Notes: a model not told the origin generated them from the letters alone. A stretch of DNA of 20,946 nucleotides from Octopus sinensis (GCF_006345805.1 NW_021823833.1:1-20946), one strand, 5' to 3'; counted from the first letter of the stretch, positions 10,437 through 20,819 are shown. Made by a program: numbers and translations.

Positions 10437-10440
10437 TGAT
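10238..10440. repeat. (TAG)n and (AAG)n tracts
   Basis: Direct reading. Confidence 0.97.
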
Positions 10441-10549
10441 AATAGGGAGTTTTTTTTCTACATTCTAATTTAACCGAAGCTGATAATTGTTGATGATAAT
10501 GTATAAAGATGGAACTGGCGATATGAAAATATCAGGGTGCATATCTATG

Positions 10550-10603
10550 CGTGCGTCTCTCTATCTCTCTTCTCTCTCTCACTTCCCTCTCTCTCTCTTC
10601 TCT

Positions 10604-10687
<84 letters not shown>

Positions 10688-10794
10688 ATAAATATATTAT
10701 GCACAGGATTATAACAACTAATGCCTGGAATGAAAATACATACGTATTTGCGTATCTATATGTGTGTGTGTGTATGTGTGTGTAAAAGCACATG

Positions 10795-10855
<61 letters not shown>

Positions 10856-10891
10856 TCATATAAACATATATACATACATATGTAGATACAC

Positions 10892-10924
<33 letters not shown>

Positions 10925-10926
10925 TA

Positions 10927-10974
<48 letters not shown>

Positions 10975-11041
10975 GCATATATATACATACTTACATATGT
11001 ATATATATACATACATTATATACATATATATGCATATATAA
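10550..11041. repeat. (CT)n/(TA)n microsatellite block
   Basis: Direct reading. Confidence 0.93.
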
Positions 11042-11435
11042 CTAGCAGTATCGCCCGGCGTTGCTCGGGTTTGTAAGGGAAATAACTATATAAGCATTTT
11101 AGAGATGTAAATAATATAGCCATCTCAATATGGCTAACCACAAAGGGGGTGTGTTACTGTAGCTTTTTACGTTCTGAGATTTAATAATAAATTTTTAGAG
11201 AGTTACTTCCCTTATATATGCCAAAAATACATTTAAAATGGGAAAAATTGATGGTAAATCTTTTTTTAAATCGTAGACTCATCGTAGACGCGCGCTAATA
11301 CCCAGAAGGGCTCGATATGAATCACGACTATAAGATACCCGGTTTTGGTTAAACTGCACCGCAAAATGTGGGAGTAGTTAGGATTCTAAATCGTAGGAGA
11401 CAGACAGCACACAACCTTACTTTTATATATAAAGA
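11042..11435 (-). mobile_element. Complete non-autonomous Helitron (394 bp)
   Basis: On the minus strand: host A | TC start (11435-11434), subterminal hairpin CCCGAGCAACGCCGGG (11069-11054), 8 nt, CTAG end (11045-11042) | host T. No TSD. All canonical Helitron hallmarks are present. Confidence 0.88.
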
Positions 11436-11588
11436 TATGTATGCATTTCACTTGTATGTATATACATATATCCATATTTAAACTAATACATACATATATG
11501 CATACATACATATATACATATATGCACACAGACACACATTTACATACACGTACACAAACACACACAACAAAAGATAATAGTGTATTTA

Positions 11589-11956
11589 GGCACTGGCCCG
11601 GCTGTGTGATAAGAAATTTGCTCACCAACCACATGGTTCCGGGTTCAGTCTCAATGCGTAATACCTTTGGCTAGTGTCCCCCAATATATCGTCGGGCCAA
11701 CAAAAGCATTGTGAGTGGATTTGGTAGACAGAAACTGAAAGATGCCTGAAGTGTGTGTGTGTGTGTGTGTGTGGTGTCCCCCACCACCGCTTGACAACCG
11801 GTGTTGTCAACGTAGCAGTCAGACAAAAGCGAACCATAAGTATCAGGTTTTAAAAACAACTAAGTACTGATGCCGATTCGGTTGACTTATGTTCTTCAAG
11901 GCGGTGCCCTAGTATGGCCGCAGTCTAATGACTGAAACAAGCAAAAAGTAAAAGAT
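11589..11956 (+). mobile_element. tRNA-derived SINE family A (octopus OR-like, CORE-like), diverged
   Basis: GGCTGTGTGATAAG A-box region, GGGTTCAGTC B-box, GTGAGTGGATTTGGTAGACAGAAACTGAAAG, internal (TG)n, and TGACTGAAACAAG tail. Confidence 0.85.
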
Positions 11957-11974
11957 GTATACATAACAAAATGC

Positions 11975-12331
11975 GTTTCTTGCGTACCAACCATATAGTT
12001 CCGGGCTCAGTCCCACTGCGTGGCACCTTGTACAACTGTCTTCTGCTATAGCCTGAGCCGACCAAAGTCTTGTGAGTGGATTTGGTAGACGGAAACTGAA
12101 AGAAGCCTATCGATTATATATACATGTATATGTTTGTGTGTCTGTGTTTATCCCGCTACCATCGCTTCACAACCGATGTTGGTGTGTTTACGCCCCATAA
12201 TTTAGCGGTTCAGCAAAAGACACCGATAGAATAAGTACAAAGAATAAGTCCTGAGGTCGATTTGTTCGACTAAAGGCGGTGCTCCAGCATGACCGCAGTA
12301 AAATGAATGAAACAAATAAAATAATAAAAGA

Positions 12332-12332
<1 letters not shown>
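11975..12332 (+). mobile_element. SINE family A, slightly 5'-truncated
   Basis: CCCACTGCGTGGCACCTTG..GTGAGTGGATTTGGTAGACGGAAACTGAAAGAAGCC..GGTCGATTTGTTCGACTAAAGGCGGTGCTCCAGCATG..ATAAAAGAAT. Confidence 0.9.

Positions 12333-12407
<75 letters not shown>
12333..12407. repeat. (GT)n microsatellite at the SINE tail
   Basis: Direct reading. Confidence 0.97.
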
Positions 12408-12412
<5 letters not shown>

Positions 12413-12599
12413 TGAGAAAGTCTGGTGGGAAATGAGAGAGGGAGAGTGAAAGCAGAGCCAAAAATTGCAAAGAAAAACAAAACAATGACATTCCCAATAG
12501 CAACAAGCTAAACATAGCCACCTCAACTGAACGTCAAAAGTAATTAACCAAGATGGCCACCGCAGAAGTGAAATATAACATTCATTTGATATACATACT

Positions 12600-12823
12600 C
12601 TCATACTTACATACATACACACACACACATATATAACCAACACACAAGCAAACACATACACATATATATATAATATATATTCATATATACTTATATATAA
12701 TACATATTTATATATAATATATATATGTATGTATATATACACACACATATATACACATGTGTATATATACACACATATATATATATATACATGTATGTAT
12801 ATGTGTCTATATATATATATATG

Positions 12824-12875
<52 letters not shown>

Positions 12876-12957
12876 ATATATATATAAGTGTTTATATATC
12901 TATATAAGTATATATAAGTATGTATATATGTATATATATTTATATATGTATATATGT

Positions 12958-13012
<55 letters not shown>

Positions 13013-13032
13013 GTATGTATATATATTATATA

Positions 13033-13065
<33 letters not shown>

Positions 13066-13068
13066 CTA

Positions 13069-13112
<44 letters not shown>

Positions 13113-13125
13113 TATATCTATATAC
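12600..13125. repeat. (TA)n-rich microsatellite
   Basis: Direct reading. Confidence 0.96.
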
Positions 13126-13388
13126 ACGCGCCGCAGGCATACACATATATACAGAGACCCTGCATTCCGTTAAAAGGAATATCAAATATGTTCTCTGCTG
13201 TCTTATCAGTCAATATGGCGGCCGAGTGTAAATAAGCATCGGTTTCTTAGCACAATTCCATGTTAAAAGTTTTTAAATGTTTACAGTTCATTTCCAGAGC
13301 TAACACTTCAGGAATGCTGCATGCTGGACCCCGTTTTATTTATTTGTATATATTTATTTATCTATTCATTTATTTATTCCTTTATCTA

Positions 13389-13787
13389 GGCGCAGGCGTG
13401 GCTGTTCAGTAAGAAATTTGCTTCCCGATAAAACGGTTCCGTGTTCTGTCCCACCGCGTGGCACCTTTGGCAAATAATGTCTTCTGCTATAACCTTGGGC
13501 AGACCAAAGCCTTGTGAATGGATATGGTTGACGGAAACTGAAAGAAGTCCGTCGTATACGTATGTATATATGTATATGTATGTATATCCATTTGTGTATG
13601 GCTTTCTGCCATTGTTTGTTCTCCAGTACCGCTTGACAGCATCTCGGCTACTTAGCGTTTCGGCAAAAGGGAACCGACAGAATGAGTTCCAGGCTTAAAA
13701 AAGAAGTATTGGGGTCCATTTGTTCGACTAAAAATTCAAGCCGCAGCCTAATGATTGAAACAAGTAAAAGATAAAAGATTAAAGATT
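13389..13787 (+). mobile_element. SINE family A, full length, diverged
   Basis: GGCGCAGGCGTGGCTG head, CGCGTGGCACCTTTGGC, GACGGAAACTGAAAGAAG, TTTGTTCGACTAA, and (AAAGAT)n tail. Confidence 0.88.
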
Positions 13788-13858
13788 AATGGTGTCTGAG
13801 GAACGGAGACATGAAAAATTTTGTCAAAATTCTTGATTTCTACACTTTATATTGGAAT

Positions 13859-13923
13859 AGGGCAAGTGTCTTCTGCTATAGCCTATAGTGTACTATGGTA
13901 GACGGAAACTGAAAGAAGCCCGT

Positions 13924-13925
<2 letters not shown>
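13859..13925 (+). mobile_element. SINE family A internal fragment
   Basis: GGGCAAGTGTCTTCTGCTATAGCC..TGGTAGACGGAAACTGAAAGAAGCCCGTC, followed by (CA)/(TA) repeats. Confidence 0.8.
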
Positions 13926-13954
<29 letters not shown>

Positions 13955-14006
13955 GTGTGTGTATATATACACACACACACACGCACACGCACACATACAC
14001 ACACAC

Positions 14007-14061
<55 letters not shown>

Positions 14062-14759
14062 CTATATATATATATATATATATATTTCAAAATGATCATT
14101 AATTCTCAACAATGGATTTAATCAAATTCTTGAAATTAAGCATATGAATCAGTGAATGGCAAAAGAACAGGAATTACGTCATCGCCTTTATTAGCTTCCA
14201 GCTGTTTCTGCCGTCACCTAATATGTCTATAAACATGTACTCTACTAAAAGTTATTGATTCATCCCTTGCTTCAATATTAAATTGCTTCTATAATAAAAA
14301 AAAACAAACAATATTAAAGCCATATGTGTATCATACTAAATGTACATATTCCTTAAGAAGTCATATGCTGCTGTGGAAATGCGTGAGACAAAATCTCTGC
14401 ATATACTTGAGTTAAAACATAATACATATCGGAACAAGATAAACGCCATTGCTGCAGTAACTCAGGAAAACTTCAGAAACATTTCACCCTTTTTTGAGGT
14501 TTGTCAATGCTGTACATCGATCGCCACTCGCTTAAACGAAATTCGTGAACTGATACATAGAAAACAATGAATAAAATACTCACTGATATTGCGGTATCTT
14601 GCTGAGCAGTAAAAAAAATTCAGTATACGCAACTGACACAGCAATAAATAAAAATCCCTTTTTCGTGTATCATATAAAATGTATGCACACAGTTTTCTCG
14701 CTTTGCCTCTCTTTCTCTTTTATCTTCCTTCTTTTACGTATCAATCTGAGGCTTGCACA

Positions 14760-14910
14760 CGCTCAAAGACACAGACACACACACACATATACACACACAC
14801 ACTCACATCGCATACGTATTTTCTTTCTTTCCCTTTCTCTCTATCTCTCTTTCTCTCTGTCTCTCAGACACAAGCTACTGTCCTTACTTTTCTTGCTCTC
14901 TCTCTTTCTT

Positions 14911-14941
<31 letters not shown>

Positions 14942-15038
14942 CTATCTACCCATCTATCTATCTATTTGTCTGTCTAGCAAATACAAAAACAAAATATGTA
15001 TAAATATATATATATATTAAATATATATCGTTATATGT

Positions 15039-15079
<41 letters not shown>

Positions 15080-15180
15080 GTGCGAGTGTATGTGTGTAAT
15101 TAGAAAGTTTGTGCGTGTATATATATAAGTATATATATTTCCTCTCTCTTTCTCTCTCTCTCCTCTCTCTCTCACTCACT
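14760..15180. repeat. (CA)n/(CT)n/(GA)n/(TA)n microsatellite block
   Basis: Direct reading. Confidence 0.9.
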
Positions 15181-15224
15181 TATACGTTGTTAGTCATTCT
15201 CCCTCTATACGTCTCTCACACGCC

Positions 15225-15810
15225 TCTATCAGTACCACCACCACCAGCACCATTACCACCATCACCGCAGCCACCACGACCCCCATCGCCGCCACCTCAT
15301 CCACCACCAACCACCAACACGGCGTTCCCTTATCTGACATACGCTCTGTTTCAACTGACCGATACGGACTGGAATTCTCCGGGGTTTAATGAGAGATAAT
15401 TGGTTCTTTGACTCTTGGTGATGGTGTTGGGGGAAGAGAGAGGAAGGTGTACTGATTGGTCGAGAGTGAGTAGCTGTGTTGTTGTTGTTGTTGCTGCTGT
15501 CGTGGTGATGGGGGGGGATTAGCGAAGGTATTTGTAGTGGTGTTGTTTTAGTGGTAGTGATGGTTTGTTGTTGTGGTTGTGGTAGTGGTTATCTTGGTGG
15601 AATAGTGTCTGTGAAAAGGTGATGGTGGCGGTGGGGGCGGTGGTAGTGGTGCTGTGAGGTTGAAGGTGTAGTGGTAGAGGAGGAAGTGGTAATTGTAATG
15701 GTTGCGATAGTAGTGTAGGGATAGTAGTCCTGGTGGTGTTGTAATTGCGGTGGTGGCGGAGGAGGAGGTAGTGGTGGTGGTGGCGGCGGCGGCGGCGGCG
15801 GTGGTGGTAA
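15225..15810. repeat. Degenerate (CCA)n and (GGT/GTT/GGC)n low-complexity region
   Basis: Direct reading. Stops occur in the plausible frames. Confidence 0.8.
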
Positions 15811-16239
15811 TCGAAGCGATGTTTGTTGTAGTTATTGTTCTTGTGACCATCCCGACTCTGGAGGGATAAGTTTTTCTTGGACTAAATTTTCTGTGTTCTA
15901 CCATTGTCTATGATCGACGGACTCTGACTTAGAGTGAAAGTTTGACTCCTTTTTCTTGCATGCCGAGTGACCACCAAGTCGCACCCTTGCTTGCTCATGC
16001 AGAAACATATTGTTGTAGATTAGCACTTGATTAGCTGTGCATGATTGTTCCAGCCATGACCAACATGTATATTTGCAAGCATTTTAAGATCTTTATCATA
16101 AATATTAAACATTTTGCTTTATGTATTGAGTACACGCGTTACAGAATTCTACGTAACGCAAGTTTTATGCAAAGCTGCACGCTTCCGTAATTCATGTGAT
16201 ACATTCATTCTTTTATCCTTCATAAACACACATGTATGC

Positions 16240-16266
16240 CAATATATATATATATATGTATGTATG

Positions 16267-16300
<34 letters not shown>

Positions 16301-16368
16301 TGTATGTATGTATATATATGTATGTATGTATTGTATGTATGTATGCATACATATATATATATATATAT
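16240..16368. repeat. (TA)n(TATG)n microsatellite
   Basis: Direct reading. Confidence 0.95.
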
Positions 16369-16370
16369 TT

Positions 16371-16757
16371 TTCTTTTATTTGCTTCAGTCATGTGACTGC
16401 GGCCATACAGGAGCACCACCTTTAGTCGAACAAATCAACCCTGGGACTATTACTTATTCTATCGGTCTCTTTTGCCGAACCGCTAAGTTACGGGGACGTA
16501 AACACAAAAAATTCGTTTGTCAAGCGATGGTGGAGGACCAACACAGACACACAAATACATATATATATATACATATATATATATATGAAAATAAGACAGG
16601 CTTCTTTCAGTTTCCGTCTACCAAATCCACTCAGCAGACTTTGGTTGGCCAGAGACTATAACAGAAAACGCTTGTCCAAGGTTCCACGCAATGGGACTGA
16701 ACCGGGAAGCATATGGTTGGTAAGCAAGCTACTTAGCACACAGCCACTCCTGCACCT
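16371..16757 (-). mobile_element. SINE family A, full length
   Basis: Reverse complement of head (CACACAGCCACTCCTGCACCT), core (CTTTCAGTTTCCGTCTACCAAATCCACTC) and tail (TTAGTCGAACAAATC, CTTTTATTTGCTTCAGTCA). Confidence 0.9.
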
Positions 16758-16834
16758 ATGAAGGCATATATACATATACAACCTCTAATCATTAATATGT
16801 TAATATTTACACTTCAGAAAGCGGTTTCAGAAAG

Positions 16835-17019
16835 CAGCGAGCTGGCAGGATCGTTAAGCATGTCTGTCTTTACGTTCCAAGTTCTAATTCCGCCGAGGTT
16901 GACTTTACCTTTCATCCTTTATGGGTCGATAAATCAAGTACCAGTTCCGTACTGCGGTTGATCTAATCGACTGACCCCCTCCCCCAAAATTTCGGGCCTC
17001 CTGCCTAGAACAGAAAAAG
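16835..17019 (+). mobile_element. SINE family B with internal deletion
   Basis: GCGAGCTGGCAGGATCGTT..CCGCCGAGGTTGACTTTACCTTTCATCCTTTATGGGTCGATAAATCAAGTACCAG..CCCTCCCCCAAAATT. Confidence 0.85.
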
Positions 17020-17040
17020 ATATTTACACACTGATTATAC

Positions 17041-17176
17041 CACCGAGGTTGACTTTGCCTTTCATCCTTTCGGTGTTGATAAAATAAGTACCAGTTGCGT
17101 ACTGGGGTCGATGTAATCGACTTGTCCTCTCCCCCACCCACCGAAATTGCTGACATTGTGCCAAAATTTCAAACCA
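17041..17176 (+). mobile_element. 5'-truncated SINE family B with a 14-bp flanking direct repeat
   Basis: CCGAGGTTGACTTTGCCTTTCATCCTTTCGG..CCAAAATTTCAAACC. ATATTTACACACTG occurs at 17020-17033 and 17177-17190. Confidence 0.85.
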
Positions 17177-17481
17177 ATATTTACACACTGGTCGTTACAG
17201 CGGTATATGTTTCCAGACTGGATTCGAACCAGTAAGACAATCACAATTTTGGAGGTAAACAAAATTTATCTTTTACTAAAAGTCAGCCATATTGAACTAT
17301 GGATATTGAACATATCAGCGTGAAACTTATTGATTGGATTATCACCAAGTATGGAATCAAGTATGTGTTTGACTTATCTAAGTTTCCACAATGATTCGAT
17401 ATCAATTATGAAAATATTATCCTATATCCCATAGCGATGGTCGACTTATTTCGTCAGTCCATAAATATATATTTAAGCAGT

Positions 17482-17847
17482 GGATACATGGCCCAGTGGT
17501 TAGGGCAGCGGACTCGCGGTCATAGGATCGCGGTTTCGATTCCCAGACTGGGCGTCGTGAGTGTTTATTGAGCAAAAACACCTAAAGCCCCACGAGGCTC
17601 CAGCAGGGGTTGGTGGTGAACCCTGCTGTACTTTTTCACCACAACTTTTCTTCCTGTTTCTGTTGTACCTGTATTTCAAAGGGCCAGCCTTGTCACATCT
17701 GTGTCACGATGAATCTCCCCGAGAATTATGTTAAGGGTACACGTGTCTGTGGAGTACTCAGCCACTTGTACGTTTAATTTCACGAACAGGCTATTCCGTT
17801 GATCGAATCAACTGGAACCCTCGTCGTCGTAACCGATGTAGTGCCAC
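17482..17847 (+). mobile_element. tRNA-derived SINE family C, full length
   Basis: tRNA-like head with A-box TGGCCCAGTGG and B-box GGTTTCGATTCCC, followed by about 290 bp of non-tRNA body, so it is not a stand-alone tRNA. Confidence 0.8.
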
Positions 17848-17857
17848 GGAATATATG

Positions 17858-18180
17858 TGCATACGCATGGTTATGTGGTTACGAAACTTGCTTGGTAGTC
17901 ATATCGTTTTGGGTTCGACCCCATTGCGTGGTACCTTGAGCAAGGGCTGTGTATTAAAGCTCCGGACTGACAAATGCCTTGTAAGGAAAGTTGGTAGACG
18001 GAAAATATGTTGATACCTGTCGTAACACATTTGAGTCTATGCTTGTCGCCCTACATCCTTTGATAACGAGTGTTGGTTTGTTTACATTCCCGTATCTTTG
18101 CAGTTCAGCAAAAGAGAATGATAGAATAAGCAAGTAACCTTAAAAACGATATGTACTTAGGTTGATTTGTTCGACTAAAC
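17858..18180 (+). mobile_element. Old, highly diverged SINE family A copy, 3'-truncated
   Basis: GGGTTCGACCCCATTGCGTGGTACCTTGAGCAAG..TTGGTAGACGGAAA..GATAGAATAAG..GATTTGTTCGACTAAA. Confidence 0.75.
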
Positions 18181-18355
18181 CAGTGGTTCACGACCGTGGC
18201 CCTATAACCCTTAAGGGTCCATACGAGATTTTGTTGTTAAAATTCATGCGCAATAAAATTGACTTTACTTCTGTTCTATTCTAAACAATGTTTTAACAGA
18301 ATTCCTGATAAAATTCAATTATAAAAATGTAACATTTTATTTAGATTTTATTTAT
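18181..18355 (+). mobile_element. hAT-like MITE 5' fragment
   Basis: Begins CAGTGGTTCACGACC exactly where the SINE homology stops. No second TIR is seen. Confidence 0.4.
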
Positions 18356-18357
18356 AA

Positions 18358-18518
18358 GCGCTGAAGTGGCTGTGTGGTAAGTAGCTTGCTTACCAACCAC
18401 TTGGTTCTGGGTTCAGTCCCACTGTGTGGCACCTTGGGCAAGTATCTTCTACTATAGCCTCGGGCCGACCTAAACCTTGTGAGTGGATTTGGTAGACGGA
18501 AACTGTAAGAAGCCAGTC

Positions 18519-18566
<48 letters not shown>

Positions 18567-18772
18567 CTTTGCGTCTGTGTTTGTTCCCCACCATCACTTG
18601 ACAACCGATGTTGGTGCGTTTACCTACCCGTAACCTAGCAGTACGGCAAAAGTGACCGATACAATAGTACTAGACTTACAAAGAATAAGTCATGTGGTCG
18701 ATTTTCTCGACTATAGGCGGTGCTCCAGCATGGCCTCTCTCCATTGACAGAAAGCAGTAAAAGTTAAAAGCG
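18358..18772 (+). mobile_element. SINE family A, full length
   Basis: GTGGCTGTGTGGTAAGTAGCTTGCTTACCAACCAC..GGCACCTTGGGCAAGT..internal (TA)n(TG)n..GGTCGATTTTCTCGACTA..AGTAAAAG tail. Confidence 0.92.
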
Positions 18773-19174
18773 AAAAGGTAAGTTGATAAAGCGTAAATTA
18801 TGTCGAAAACAAGAAATCTGATAAAGATTGGTCGAAGAAATAAAACATTCAATAAATCTTTGTAGTTATTGATACTTATATCTGGAAATGGTTTTGCGTT
18901 TCTATGGGTTAAGTAGGCGTAACGGTGGTGTTATATTATTCTGGGGTGTTGCAGAGAAATCGCTATTTGTTGGTGTCGTCGTAAATGGTTTGTAAAGGTT
19001 AGAAGAGATCGGAATCTACAGCGAAATGAGGTTTCTTCCAAGGATTCGACAGGGTATGTTGATCGGAAATCGTGGAGTTTCTCTCTCGCTCTCTGCACAC
19101 CGAGTCGCTACTTCTGCGCATTGAGAGAACACAGCTGCAGTACGACGGACATTTGGTTAGATTCTCAAACCAAG

Positions 19175-19384
19175 CCGTGTGTGTGTTTGTGTGCGAGTGT
19201 GCATATGTGTGTATGCATGTGTGTATGCATGTGTGTATGCAAGTACTTATATAAATTATATTATATATATATGTACATACACACAAACTGACATACAGAG
19301 AATGAGAGAAATATTCATATATATATATGCACGCGCGTGTGTGTATGCATGTGCGCATATGTATGTATATATGTATCTTCTATA
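19175..19384. repeat. Degenerate (TG)/(TATG)/(TA) microsatellite
   Basis: Direct reading. Confidence 0.85.
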
Positions 19385-20671
19385 TTTTTTTTAATTATTA
19401 TAATTTTTCCACTGAGGAGGGAGCTGGTTTCCAACAAAGATACAAGGCTCCATCTTTGGGATGTAGTTAACACAGACAAATTCACATTTGGAACTTGAGA
19501 AAAGTCTTGCATATTTTTACTGTTCCACTCACAGATTGCACTTGTAATGTACAAATTAACCGGCCAGTTTCTCTTTCTGAAAATCCCAGTTTATCCAGAT
19601 TCTCCTTTAAGCATTTACTAACAAAAAAAAGTGCTCCAATTATTATTGGTATGAATAGGAATAGAAGCTGGACGTTTCGAAGCAGTTGTCCATAGATATC
19701 CTCTTTCCTTTCATTTTCAAAGAGATGTTTATGTCTGCAGGGCAGCTGACCTCTATGATGGTACAAACCTTTGCCCCTCTGTCCCAAACAGCAATATCTG
19801 GCTTGTTGTGTTTACATTTGACAGAAGTTTTGATGGGAATATTCCACAAGTATTCCTTGAGTTGGTCTTTAAGAATGTGTTCCAAAACAGAGGGATTTTT
19901 TAAGTTTATTTCAGGACAGTCTTTTTTGCGGATGTCATTGTAAATTGTTTTAGCATCAACATCGTGTCGCGTAGGAGATAGAACCGTGATGACATTTTAG
20001 GACAGCTGCTAATCCAATGAGTGATGTCTTCCACAGAAACATGACATAGCCTACACATGCGGTTGCACCTTGGGATTACATGATTATCACTGTTTCTCTT
20101 GTTCATCGGGTACTTTGCGGCAATGTTCTGTTCCTGGATTGCAAACGCATAGCCTTCAAAGTGTAATGTGATGTAGTGGTCTTAAGTCCAAGAGAGGCTT
20201 CACTTCGTGTCAGTTCTACTGTCTTCTTCAAGATTCCGGGCAATATACCCATGCATAATCTTTTTTCTTTTTGTATGCTAAGTGTTTTCCATCCAGGTCT
20301 TCTCTGAGGTAAGAGAGTCCAGCTGTTTTGGAGCTGTATAGGAGATCATCAGGAAGAGAGTGCTTCTTGAGGAGCTCACTGACAACTCGTCCAATGTTGC
20401 TCACTTCACGTTTCAGCACTGCATTTATATATTTACTTTTGCTGCTGTTGTTCAGCAGGTGTTGCTGTCTGAGTGATAGCATACGGCATTCGAAAGTCAT
20501 CTGCATTGATCTCAGGCCTCTACCACTTTCATTTCTTCTTAGATAGATCCTGTCAACATCACTGTTTCTGTGGAAGATGTCAGTTGTTGTCAGGATTTTG
20601 CGGGTTTTGATATCCATGGAGTGGATTTGATCTACAGACCAATCAAGTATCCCAAATGTTGGGATCAGCAT
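19385..20671 (-). mobile_element. 5'-truncated R4/Dong-type non-LTR retrotransposon (end of RT/thumb, CCHC knuckle, RLE endonuclease, 3'UTR), frameshifted
   Basis: [36 protein letters not shown]; CRLCHVSVEDITHWISSCP (CCHC); RHDVDAKTIY; HNKPDIAVWD..IIEVSCPAD..KEDIYGQL; FIPIIIGAL..SGTVKICKTFLKFQM* (stop at 19482-19484). Short UTR and an A/TAA-rich tail at about 19385-19407. Confidence 0.92.
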
Positions 20672-20737
20672 GCATGTATGTATGTATGTATGTATGTATG
20701 TATGTATGTATGTATGTATGTATGTATGTATGTATGT
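20672..20737. repeat. (TATG)n microsatellite at the LINE 5' junction
   Basis: Direct reading. Confidence 0.97.
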
Positions 20738-20819
20738 GAAAACGCAGATACAATCAGAAAGAGTAATACAAACAGAAAGGCCTTACAAAACGTGTGTAGT
20801 CTATGTGTCTCTACGCACG

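Noticed and set aside
14340-14570. ORF with INAIAAVTQENFRN, faintly like a Tc1/mariner transposase C-terminus
   Set aside because: No catalytic-region motif (SPDL) and no TIR or TA junction were found; the similarity is too short to support.
15548-15904. 118-aa Thr/Ala/Pro-rich minus-strand ORF
   Set aside because: It is derived from degenerate GGT/GGC repeats, with no splice or homology support.
17191-17230. GGTTCGAATCC B-box on the minus strand
   Set aside because: An isolated motif with no A-box or assignable body; at most a tiny SINE fragment.
17482-17555. tRNA gene
   Set aside because: It has A and B boxes but no clean cloverleaf or terminator, and it continues into a SINE body.
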